A DNA stretch of 64,000 nucleotides from Octopus sinensis (taxonomy: Eukaryota). Positions 28,631 to 39,699 of the stretch are shown here, one piece after another. The stretch covers positions 41,292,001 to 41,356,000 of the forward strand of contig NC_042998.1 of NCBI RefSeq assembly GCF_006345805.1, read 5' to 3'. Within the stretch, counting starts at the first letter, position 1; each line of letters begins with the position of its first letter. Under the pieces are notes generated by a model. That model made no database searches. It had not been told where the DNA came from and was given only the letters and a program-made list of their open reading frames with translations. The translations under genes were made by a program, and so were the position numbers.

Positions 28631-28894
28631 TAGCTCAAATTTCATATCTCTGACTTAGCACATATCTAATTTGCAATAAAAAATGGAAACCTCAAAAAAA
28701 AAAAGAAATATTCAGGAAATTGAAACAAAACAAAATAGAAGCTTTTGGTTGGCTGTATGCATGAAGATTAATTGAAATAGATAACATTTGATTGCTTGTG
28801 TATATAAAAATGAGATGTTTCTTTGTACACGTACATATGTATGTATATAAAATAAATGAAAATAACAATGCAATTCTATGTGAACGTTTCGTAA

Positions 28895-29080
28895 GACATT
28901 TAACAGAACCATTAGCATACCAGTCAAAACGCTTAGCAGCATTTTGTCCATCTTTATATTGTGAGTTCAAATTCTGTCGATGTTGACTTTGCCTTTCATC
29001 CTTTTAGGGTCAATAAAATAGGTACCTGTTGATCACTTAACCTCTACCTTGAAATTGTTAGCCCTGAACCAAAATCTGAA
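28895..29080 (+). mobile_element. SINE family A (diverged)
   Basis: gagttcaaattctgtcgatgttgactttgcctttcatccttttagggtcaataaaatag. Confidence 0.85.
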
Positions 29081-29481
29081 GCAAATATTTGACTAATTCA
29101 TGCTCAAATACTACTGTCTCAAACACAGAAAGTAAGACAAAGAAAGTGCCAGTATGTCATATAGTTCAAACAAAAAAAAAAAGAAAAAAAGGAAAAGTTA
29201 ATTCTAGAAAACACTCTGAATAGAATTTTCATTTGCAGCCCCTTATAAGATGAGCAAAAACAACCTGGAGGTGGGTGTCACAGGGAACATAGTTAAGTTG
29301 AAAACAAAAAGCTGAACAAGGAAATAAATGATAAACTTAGAAGTTATCAAAACTTCCTGCTCTGAAGTGAACCAGCCCTATGAAAATTATACATCAACCT
29401 TTTTGATTTTCATAAAGAGGCACTCTGGATGATGATTCATTAGTCCAAGTTGTTTCAAATTATGGTACAAAGGAAGGTGTA

Positions 29482-29643
29482 AGTTGATTACATCAACCCC
29501 ATTGCTCAAATGGTACTTATTTTATTGACCCCCGAAAGGATAAAACCCAAAATCAACCCCAGTCACATTTGAACTCAGAACATTAAGTCAGAAGAATAAC
29601 CATTAAGCATTTTGCCCAGCACAGTAGCAATTCTGCCAGCTCA
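29482..29643 (-). mobile_element. SINE family A (diverged), inverted relative to the 28895 copy
   Basis: ggtacttattttattgacccccgaaagga...atttgaactcagaac...ttctgccagctc. Confidence 0.85.
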
Positions 29644-31355
29644 TTTTACTGTTGTATTAAAATATTTTTTGTGAAGCAATGACACCTTGGCTTCTTTCTT
29701 CTATTGTCATGCTTGTAAGCAAGTGTGACAAGTAATGAATGATAGACTATCAAAGTCACTATCACTATTTGAAAGTCCAATAGTAGACTTCTCATTTGGG
29801 TTAACCAATAATTACTAATGCAAATAGAATCTCATTTAAAATTATTTTATGTTGATTCAATGCAAGACATCATTCAATCACAATTAATGCAGTATATGCT
29901 AAGGAACTGGAAAAACTGTTACCATTAACTGAAAATTTATGAAAGTTCCTACAATTATTCTTAGTCTCAGTTTTTGTATTACTATTACTTAATATGTTTG
30001 CATTTTTCGAATTCATTAAATTTTTGCAACAAGAGTAAAAAATTTCATAGAATTTATACTAAAGATCTAATAATACCTGTATTTTTTATAAAATGAAGTA
30101 AGACTAACTTAAAAAGCTCCTTGGTTATATTTGCCCTAATATCTAAAATAAAAATTGAACTATACTCTAGGATTTTGTTTTATGGAAGTCACAAGCCTGG
30201 TTATATATTCTAGCCAAAAATCACAACCTAATTCTTCATGACAAAAACACAAAATGTTTGCAAAAGCATCTACAGATAGTGATGATATTTAACTACTACC
30301 ATTGAAGCTAAGCTGTATATATATATATATATATATATTTGTAACATTAATTCAGGCATGGTAGTGTAGGTATGATCCTTGGTGTGTACCTGTTCAGGAA
30401 AACCTCAGCAGAATCTATACATGATATTTGCTGATCTAGGTATGCAAGATAAAATAACTGAGATCATCCAATCCTTCTACTTGAAAAAACCAGTGCTGGG
30501 TTAATGTTACATGCTGTCTTGCAAGGAAGATATCTATCTGATTTTTTTTTATTCCAGTGGTATGAAGCCAGTAGAGATTCATTCATGTATATATACTTTT
30601 CGGATAATTATCTCAGCAATACTTGGAACTGAATTCCATTATCTCGCTGGTGGTGTGAACATCCGGTTTCAGAACAGACATACTTTAACTTATAGAAAGT
30701 CAAATCAGTCTAGGAAAGATAGAATGAAAGTTTATAGTTTACTATTTGCTGATCACTGTCCTTGTGGAATATACATTGGCTTAAAAGCAGTGCATTAATC
30801 CTTATTTCTGTTGAGTAGAACTGTCTCTGTTTCAATTAATTTTGAAATAATGAAAAATTGTACTGGTGGTATTTGGAACATAAATTAACATGAAATTTTG
30901 ATACAAGGATTAAGTCACTTCGAAACAAAATTTGTAGCAGAACTAGGGTAGGTCTCAGACAGTGATCACTTCATGTCTACAGCCAAAGCCTTTCACTTCA
31001 CTGTCAGTATCCACAAGAGAGAGAGAGTGGGTGATTGCTTCAGCAGCCAGATCTTGATGCAGTACCATCAATGGTCAATTTCTGCCATAAACGGTGTGCT
31101 CTCTACCACTTGTAGGTCTTTTATATCCATTACTTTTAACATCACTAGGATCACTCATTTGTCTCGTTTATTTGAAAGTGCCAGAATAGTTAATATCCTA
31201 CATGCATTGGTATGGTTGCAACCATTAGAGGTGTCAATTTCCTCTATATCAGTTCTCACTTTACTGAACTACTCTACACATATGCACAGAAATAGTGTAC
31301 GCATTCCCCACCCACTGGCAAATACTCATATATCAGAACTAACTCAAGAAAAAAA

Positions 31356-31357
31356 TC

Positions 31358-31424
<67 letters not shown>

Positions 31425-31440
31425 TTCTCTCTCTCCTCTC
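31356..31440. repeat. (CT)n/(CTAT)n microsatellite
   Basis: Seen directly. Confidence 0.95.
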
Positions 31441-31776
31441 TCAATTATATATGCATTTGTAGTTACATGCTGCTCTGACAAACTGAGAAACATGCAAATG
31501 AATTTAGTGCTAGTTTGGAATGTTTCATCAAATTACTTTGCAATTTTAATAATAGTTTGTTTATTTTATAATCTAATCTCTTAAATATATAGAACTCATG
31601 ACCTTATCCTATCAAATTAATGGCCAAGATCAGCTTCATTTACTTTCAAATTATTTGGAAAAAAAAAATCAATTTTACAATTTTTGCTTTTGTTCTTTAA
31701 CATTTAGCTTAATTGCTTTGTGTCTCAAATATTCTTTTTATATTTTCTGATAACATAATAAACATTGTGTTTGCAG

Positions 31777-31912
31777 ACGATGGAGCAAAGCTGTCGAGCA
31801 ATGGCGCCAGTTCCACTGTGACTTGAAGGATATTATGTCATGGCTTAATGAAGCTGAGAAGAAACTTACTATAGCCAAAGAACTTGCCCCATCAGACAAA
31901 CAGCTATACAAG
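31777..31912 (+). CDS. Dys: Dystrophin exon equivalent to human exon 44 (136 nt, phase 2 to 0): RWSKAVEQWRQFHCDLKDIMSWLNEAEKKLTIAKELAPSDKQLYK
   Basis: ttgcag acceptor, AAG|gtaaat donor. Completes the AA+A Lys codon from the previous exon. Strong match to human RFDRSVEKWRRFHYDIKIFNQWLTEAE. Not in the ORF track. Confidence 0.95.
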
Positions 31913-33017
31913 GTAAATTTGTTGTTTATCTTCACGTTCTCCTTTTTTATTATGAACATAATTATAACCAACCTTAAACATTGTGTTTATTAGATTAATT
32001 TAAGTTCTCTTCTTAAATGTAAAGTCTGATGTTATTTTGAGAGGAACCTTATCAAAACTTGAAATATATGAAGAATTTACATATTTTCATTCTTTTAACG
32101 GTGAATAATTGCTCAAGCTTGATGTTGAGAAATATAAATTTGAAATAGTCTTCCTTAATGTAGATCAAGAAATTTAATTTTCTTAACATAAACACAAACT
32201 TTTTGTACCTAATTAATTTAAAAGCATCTAATTTTATTAATGTGGCCCATCTAAAACTACTGAAGTTTTTCAATTTACTCCTCCCTCCCCTCTCTCTCTC
32301 TCTCTCTCTCTCTCATTCATATGGTTGTATTTGAATTAGACTAAATGAATCACAGAAAAGAATTAGTAAATTAGCACCAATGATATTGCTTTCTTGAAAT
32401 CAAATATCCTTAAAATTCAGTTTTTCTTCAAAATTGTTTGTTTATCAAAACATCTTTCTGAACACATGTTCAAATTGCTTTTCAAGTTCCTTTATTTCAA
32501 GATTTAATCTTTATTTATTTATTCACTTATTTTATTCTTTTCTTATTGTATGTATAGATATTTTGGCATTGTGTAACTTGTTATATTTTCAAGGAAAGTC
32601 AGACAGTTTAACCCTAAGGAATACTAAAATAACTCTTGTAAAATGGTTTTAAATTAAGCAGAGATACAAATGACTTAACAACATGAACAAAAACTGTTGA
32701 CACTCAAACCAGTTTCCTTGTTGATGCTCTTATATATAGTTAGTTATTTGCTTTTGCACTCATACTTCAAATAAAAACATACAATGTGTATTATATAATC
32801 GAAAACTAACACTTACAATTTTGGCAGTTACAATTAGTATTCTATTGTATCTAAAGTTGACATTTGAGAAAAAAATGATCTCTTTGAAAAAGCTACTTAA
32901 TATATATATTTGCATTGCTGCTCCTAAATTTTAATCTTATTTTGTAACATAACTTTTGTCTTTGATTCTTTCATTGTCTCAAATGTGAACTTACATCTGT
33001 GTTAATTTTATTTGTAG

Positions 33018-33193
33018 GAATTAGAGAATGGAATCCGATCTCATCAAGGAACTGTAAATAGCATGAATGCAGCAGGCAATGAAATAATTCGTCAGTCAGC
33101 CGCTCCTGATTCTCATCTGTTGAGAGAAAAGCTGGATGCTCTTAATCACCGATGGAAATGCTTGTGTAAAGATGTTTTAGAAAGACCTGACAA
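33018..33193 (+). CDS. Dys: Dystrophin exon equivalent to human exon 45 (176 nt, phase 0 to 2): ELENGIRSHQGTVNSMNAAGNEIIRQSAAPDSHLLREKLDALNHRWKCLCKDVLERPD(K)
   Basis: tttgtag acceptor, AA|gtaagc donor. Matches human ELQDGIGQRQTVVRTLNATGEEIIQQS...LQEKLGSLNLRWQEVCK. Not in the ORF track. Confidence 0.96.
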
Positions 33194-34383
33194 GTAAGCG
33201 ACAGACATGCTGAAAGGTGTCAGAACACCATTCTGCAATTTAGATGCTCAAAAATGTTTTTTATGTTCTTTTCTTTTTTGACTCAGAAATGTTCCTCCAT
33301 TGAGGTACTACTATTCAATTAAAATATAGACTACATGCTGTTACAAGAAAATCTGTATTTATTTATAATGCTAATCCTATTTGAATTAAATAAACAAGTT
33401 AGTATTTTATGTTACATATGTATATGTTGTAATATGCAAGACATGGATATTTGACAAGCAATAATTTAGATAGTGATTTATTTTGAAATAGTCAGTTAGT
33501 GATGATATGTTAAATGGAAGTAATCTGCTTTTAATTAGAATATTATTTCACAGAACTCTGTTGTATTTTACAGGCCTTGAATTCAATGCATTCATCTACA
33601 CACATTTTTTTACAAATATTTTTTAATATATTGTTAAATCTTGAAAAATTCACATCATCTATAAATAATATTGTACATTTTTTGTGAAAGAAATTGATTC
33701 ACCTCACTAAGCAATATTAACTAGTGCCAGCCCCAGTAATTAAAAAAGCCTGTTGTATATTTTAGTTTCTACACTTCTGGTACCCTATTTCTAGTTGCTT
33801 GGATTTGACCCCATTCAACTGTTCTTAATGCTCTTATTGTATTTCAATACATCTATTTGAATGTTTATTGTTAACAGATGGTGTCAAATGGTCAAATGCT
33901 TAGTTTACAAAATACTTTGTTTGATTATCAGCTATGCATCAGCAGAGATTAAGGGCTGTTGTTCACAACAATGTTCTAGTAATTGAAGTTTGCTATTTAT
34001 GTCTCCCCCTCTTCCAAAACTTGGAATGTAATTAGGGGAATAAGGTAGGGCTTAAAATTCCCTCTTTAGAAATTTACATTCATCTCTTACATTGAAATGA
34101 ATATGAAGTCATAATTGACAAAAGTGTTCTTTTGTCAAAATTTATTTCATGGTTAATAACTAAGAATTCCATTTTTACCCTTCTACAGAATACAATGTTG
34201 ACCTCTGAATCATTAGGGTAAAAGTTTAGTGAGCAAAATTTGTGTTTCTGAGGTTTTTTTAAAGGTTACTGTTAACTCAAAGATGAATGTAATATATTTT
34301 ATTAGGTATTTAAATTGTTTTGGGCTTTTAAAGCTTTTCAGTTTTTACCTTAAATGGGCAAATTATATATATATATGATTTGT

Positions 34384-34620
34384 AAGTGTGATTGAGAAAT
34401 TTGCTTCTCAACTATGTGGTCTTGGGTTCAGTCCTACTATGTGGCACCTTGGGCAAGTGTCTTTTACTATAGGCCTGGGTTGACCAAACCCTTACGAGTG
34501 AATATGGTAGATAGAAATTGAAAGAAGCTCATCATGTATGTACATGTGCACCTTTATCTAGATATCACATGATGGTTGTAAATGAGCATCATTGTCATAC
34601 AAGTGGGGTTGTTCATTTAG
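34384..34620 (+). mobile_element. SINE family B (3' truncated)
   Basis: gggttcagtcc...ggcaccttgggcaagtgtctt...ggtagatagaaattgaaagaagc. Confidence 0.85.
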
Positions 34621-34924
34621 AGTTTGATGGATATAGTGGTGGAAATACTTGATTGTAAATAGAAGTAGAGGTAGTCAGTGGTATGTCAGAAGGCTGAGAT
34701 GAAGGAGTGTTTAATGTATACACACGCACACACATGCATATATATATATACCCACATTATTTAAAAGTAGCAAAAGTGTGTGTATACATACATATATATA
34801 TGTGTGTGTGTATATATATTTACATGTGTATATATATATATACATACATATATATACATGTATATATATATATGTATATATATAAAAATATACACATACA
34901 CGTATATATATAGACACACACACA

Positions 34925-35108
34925 TGATAGATCGGTAGAGCCACTACACGCATTTTCTTTCTTTCCTTGTTTTTTTCTGTGTTCCATTCTATAGAAGAGC
35001 GTAGGCTCGAAACATAAAAGACTTTTTCAATTTCCTGAGCGTTATACTAATACATCTGTTTGTTTTATACACCACCTGTCTTCGTCTTTTGTTTTTTTCA
35101 TAAACTCT

Positions 35109-35112
<4 letters not shown>
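34925..35112 (+). mobile_element. Penelope-like terminal fragment, second copy at 62170-62341
   Basis: gaagagcgtaggctcgaaa...caccacctgtcttcgtcttttgttttttcataaactctccc is shared by the two copies. Resembles the GAAG...CGAAAC tail of Penelope-like elements (family assignment from memory). Confidence 0.6.
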
Positions 35113-35161
<49 letters not shown>

Positions 35162-35519
35162 CACATACACATATGATCATCTTTCTTTTCTTTCAGGGCT
35201 GTCTTAAAGGCAGGGCATATCCTATCAATCTCTCTCTTCTATTTTTTCTCTTTTCAAAGGAAATATTTCTCTGTTTGCTAGTTTACCCTCTTTCCAGTCT
35301 AACAACTGTACATGTTTGTTTTTGTTCAGGTTCCTTGTATATCTCCACTGTGCTGGTTTTGTTCCCAGCTTTGACCTTCCATAAATCCCAAATTTTATGA
35401 AGGGTCATGCTTTATGTTGCATATTCAATTCATTTGTTTTCGTATTTCATGTTGCTCACTGTTCATGACATTCTATAGCCATATATGCATATATACATGT
35501 CTTCTTCAGCTCTTAAATA

Positions 35520-35559
35520 TAGAACTGTATTTCATATATATGTGTGTATGTATATATAG

Positions 35560-35604
<45 letters not shown>

Positions 35605-35975
35605 ATATATATATATGCATATACATATATATATATGCATATATATATATGCATATATATATATATATATGGATATATATATGCATATATATATATATAT
35701 ATGCATATATATATATATATGGATATATATATGCATATATATATATATATGCATATATATGCATATATATATATATGCATATATATGCATATATATATAT
35801 ATATGCATATATATATGCATATATATATATATATATATGCATATATATATATATATGCATATATATATATATATGCATATATATATGCATATATATATAT
35901 ATATATATATGCATATATATATATATGCATATATATATATATATATGCATATATATATGCATATATATATGCATA
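35520..35975. repeat. Compound (TA)n array punctuated by GC and occasional GG (units like gcatatatatatat)
   Basis: Seen directly. Source of the I/Y/M/H-rich ORFs 35414-36072. Confidence 0.97.
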
Positions 35976-36224
35976 TCTTGTATTAGTAATTTGTGGTAAA
36001 TCATTTTACCTTTGCCCATATAATACAGTAAATGAATTGATTGCATTGCAATCCTTAACATTTATGTATTAACTTTGTTGGGTACTTCACTAGCAGTATA
36101 TTGGATATATGTTATCCCATGGAGGGTTGCATTTACAACCCCTATCTCAATTTGGTACGCATATATATTTATGTATACATACACATATATATATACACAC
36201 ACGCATATATATATATATATATAT

Positions 36225-36562
36225 GCACTCTGTGTGGCAGATAAAAAGGAAAGAAGCCCAAGTTAGGAACCCATGGAAAACAAACCTCCACCAACTATTC
36301 TGCCTATATTTCTGTGCACACCTTTGAATGCAGTGTATGCCAGAAGATTTGCAAATCTAACGGAATCCTCAAAAGACATTTTAAGATCCATTAAGATCAG
36401 AATGTATCCGCAGCTCTTGGTGATCCAAATTGGATGTACAATCTATGTGGGTGTCTTTTTAGAACATTGTCTGGTTTAAAAAGCTACATCAGATGCCATG
36501 ATGGTTCTAAGGTGTAGGTACAGGATATGGTCAAACTTTGCATAAGAAGTAGACAACCACCA
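36225..36562 (+). pseudogene. Non-functional fragment with one intact and one degenerate C2H2 zinc-finger motif, probably a LINE C-terminus
   Basis: 36323-36391 reads FECSVCQKICKSNGILKRHFKIH then TAA. Downstream, after a frameshift, LCGCLFRTLSGLKSYIRCH. Confidence 0.65.
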
Positions 36563-36592
36563 TATGTGTGTGTGTGTGTTTATATATGTATA

Positions 36593-36833
36593 CTAGTATT
36601 ATAACCCAATTTCATTTGGGTCTACTCAGGCCACATTTTAAAGATGAGGAACTTTGCCCTAGAGGCCATGTCTTTCAATTGAGCAAACTCAAAGTTGCCA
36701 TGCAAACTCCCTAGCACTTTTAACATACTTGTGCAAAATTTCAGGTCAGTCCGACCACATTTACTAACACTTTGGCCTGCACAACTGCTTGTGAGACAAT
36801 GTCCACCCTTTTCAGAAATATATAGTAGATAGA
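36593..36833 (-). mobile_element. Non-autonomous Helitron-like element
   Basis: Minus strand A|TCTATCTACTATA ... hairpin acccaa/ttgggt 11 nt before CTAG|T. No target duplication; flanked by TA/CA repeats. Confidence 0.7.
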
Positions 36834-36890
36834 TATATATGTGTGTGTATACAAATGTATATATATGTGTGTAGATATACACACACACAT

Positions 36891-36946
<56 letters not shown>

Positions 36947-37640
36947 CTTGATAGAATAGGGCTTCAAGTCCCTTTTCATTTTCTTCAGCAGGCATGAGAG
37001 AACTTGTATGGATAGCATGGAGAGTAATCAGCTGAAATACTTGGGCATTTGATTTAAGGACTTGTTTTTCTGGTGACAGGAGGTAGGATTAAGGTGTCTC
37101 AAGCATATATAATTTTCTGCCAATCCACCAACCTAGACAGTTATTTGCACTAACCCTGAAAGAATGAAAGGCAAAATTAACTTAAGTGGAATTTCAGCTT
37201 GGAGCACAGAGCTCTGGGACAAATTCCAAGAAGCATTCTCTCTGTTGCCAGACCACTAAGCTATGGGGACATAAACACACCAGTTATCAAGTGGGGAACA
37301 GCACAATCACATGCAATAGGCTTTTCTCAGTTTCTGTCTACCAAATCCACTGACAAGGCTTTAGTCAACCCAAGACTACAGTAGAAGACGCCTAAGGTGC
37401 CTTGTCAGTAATTTTATCTTTAGTTCTTCAGTTATAAATTAGGTAGCTGAGTTGTTGAAGTAATTCCCATTAATCTTAGCACAACAAAGCTCTTTCATCT
37501 TCTGAATTGAAAAATAGTCTTTTGGGTATCAATTTATTAGAATTTTTGTGTTAATAGTTTTATCAGGCTGTTGTTGATTGAGCACACCTATCATCACAAA
37601 CATTCCATATGTAACATCTCTTCTTCAACGTATCTAAATT

Positions 37641-38522
37641 ACATTATTACCTCTGCTGATAACTAAGGGCCTCTTACTCAGGATGAAAAGTAGACTGTAT
37701 GATTCATGTGTGTGAACTGCCATGCTACATGGCAGTGAAACATGGGCCATGACTGCTGAGGACATGCACAGGCTTGAAAGAAATGAAGCTAGTATGATCC
37801 GCTGGATGTGTAATGTCATACACGACAGAGTTTGAGCACCGTAAGAGAAAAGTTGGACATAAGAAGCATCAGCTGTGGTGTCCCAGAGAGACGACTGCAC
37901 GGGTATTGTTATGTGTTACATATGTATGAGGACAGCTGTGTGAGGAAGTGCCACACCCTAACTATGGAAGGAACCTGTGGAAGTGGTAGACCCAGGAAGA
38001 CATGGGATAAGGTGGTGAAGCATGACCTTTGAGCGTTGGGCCTCACAGAGGCAATGACAGGAGACCGAGACCTTTGGAGATATGCTGTGATTGAGAAGAC
38101 CTAGCGACTAAAGTGAGATTGCAGCCATGGCTGATGCCAGTGTTGCATGTCCGGTCCATTTAAAAGTACCCTTGATGCGTCGGGCAATATGATATGCTTG
38201 AGAAGACCTGTTGAGTCAAGTAAAACCAAAGTCATAGCTGTGGCCAGTGCCCCCTGACTGGCTTCTGTTCTGGTAGCACATAAAAAACACTATCCAAATG
38301 TGATCAATGCCAGGACCACCTGACTGGCTCCTATGCCAGTGGCATAAAAAGCACCCACTACACTCTCAGAGTGGTTGGCATTAGGAGGGACATTCAGCTG
38401 TAGAAACGTTGCCAGATCAGATTGGAGCCTGGTGCAGCCACTGGCTTTCCAGACCTTAATAAAACCGTCCAACCCATGCCAGCATGGAAAATGGACATTA
38501 AACAACAATGATGGTGATGATG
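37641..38522 (+). mobile_element. 5'-truncated RTE LINE: RT C-terminal region plus complete 3' UTR
   Basis: AMLHGSETWAMTAEDMHRLERNEASMIRWMCNV and EGTCGSGRPRKTWDKVVKHDL, then the 3' UTR ending ccaacccatgccagcatggaaaatggacattaaacaacaatgatggtgatgat. Confidence 0.9.
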
Positions 38523-38719
38523 TATATTACCTTTATTAAGATGGATATTGTGTTATTTTAACTGATCAAACAATTGCATGGAAATATTCTTGTCTGCTTT
38601 TTTCTTTTTTGTTTTTGCATCATCATGGTACTTATGGCCTCTGCATTATTGTTTCATGTTATTGCATGTCTGATCCTTTCAGTTACTTCAGTTTTTTTTA
38701 ATTTTCTGCTTCTGCACAG

Positions 38720-38864
38720 GTATGATAATGAGAGTATTAAAACTAGTGAGTTCACTGATGACATGGATGAATTATTTTTATGGATTGATGAAGCAGAAAA
38801 CCTTTTGAGCATTCCATTAATTCAAGGTGAAGAAAATTTAGAGGAAACCTATGACAAATTCAAA
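38720..38864 (+). CDS. Dys: Dystrophin exon equivalent to human exon 46 (145 nt, phase 2 to 0): YDNESIKTSEFTDDMDELFLWIDEAENLLSIPLIQGEENLEETYDKFK
   Basis: ctgcacag acceptor, AAA|gtaaat donor. Matches human SEFQRDLNEFVLWLEEADNIASIPL. Lies inside ORF 38574..38918. Confidence 0.93.
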
Positions 38865-39699
38865 GTAAATATTCTAAATTTTTGTATCTATATTTTTAAA
38901 TATTGTGTTACACTGTAAAACTTATTTGTTCAAGTTTGATTAAATAAGACTAACATTATTCTCTGATCTGCAGGATTGATTTTTAATTTATTTCTCCTGG
39001 TTGCATCAAAAACATTATGTTGCTCACTAAAAGGCTTCTGTGTGGGTGATTTTATTTTGTCTTAAATACTTCTCTCACTTCATCACATTACTTTCTACAA
39101 AACTATATTACTAATTTTGTTTCGTAATTCTAGTCAGCTTTTTCAATTTTTGTCAAGTATTGATTATTTATATTATGAATTCATAATATGAATTATTATA
39201 TTTGTATATAATATCACATCTGATGTCTTAGTTTATTTCATAAAACATGAACTATAACAAATTATCAAATTAGAAATTTATTAAGTTTTTTTGTCTAATT
39301 CTTAAAATAATATTGATTGTTTTCTCATGACACAAATGAGATATATATTTAAAAGAACTAAATATTGGAACCACATTATAGTCTCAGTTCACCAGAAACT
39401 TATTGTAGTCTGTAGAGATTACTCCTTTTCTATGAAGGACAATATCTACAACTATTGCTGCATAAAGTTTTGTTCACAAATGGTATGTATCATCAAGATC
39501 AAGTTGACATAACACAATGATATTGATTTTGTACCAGTCTAATGTAAATGTTAGGAACTTCTTATTGCATTTGTTGGATATACAACATTTTTTCAATCAT
39601 GAACAAATCAATGTGCCATTCATCAGATAATCATTTAAACATCAAACAATCCAAAGCAATCTCTTAACTATGCCTTAAACTTCACATCAGAGTTTTGCA

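Noticed and set aside
30973-31584. 203-aa ORF
   Set aside because: No recognisable domain, crosses a (CT)n tract, and is not needed for the dystrophin frame.
34707-36072. Many overlapping ORFs of 63-190 aa rich in I, Y, M, H, C
   Set aside because: Translations of (TA)n/(TG)n arrays, which contain no stops in several frames.
34115-39187. Short palindromes (10-bp stem at 34115-34138; attatgaattcataat at 39172-39187)
   Set aside because: Short and AT-rich, expected by chance or inside MITE-like sequence, and not positioned at splice sites.
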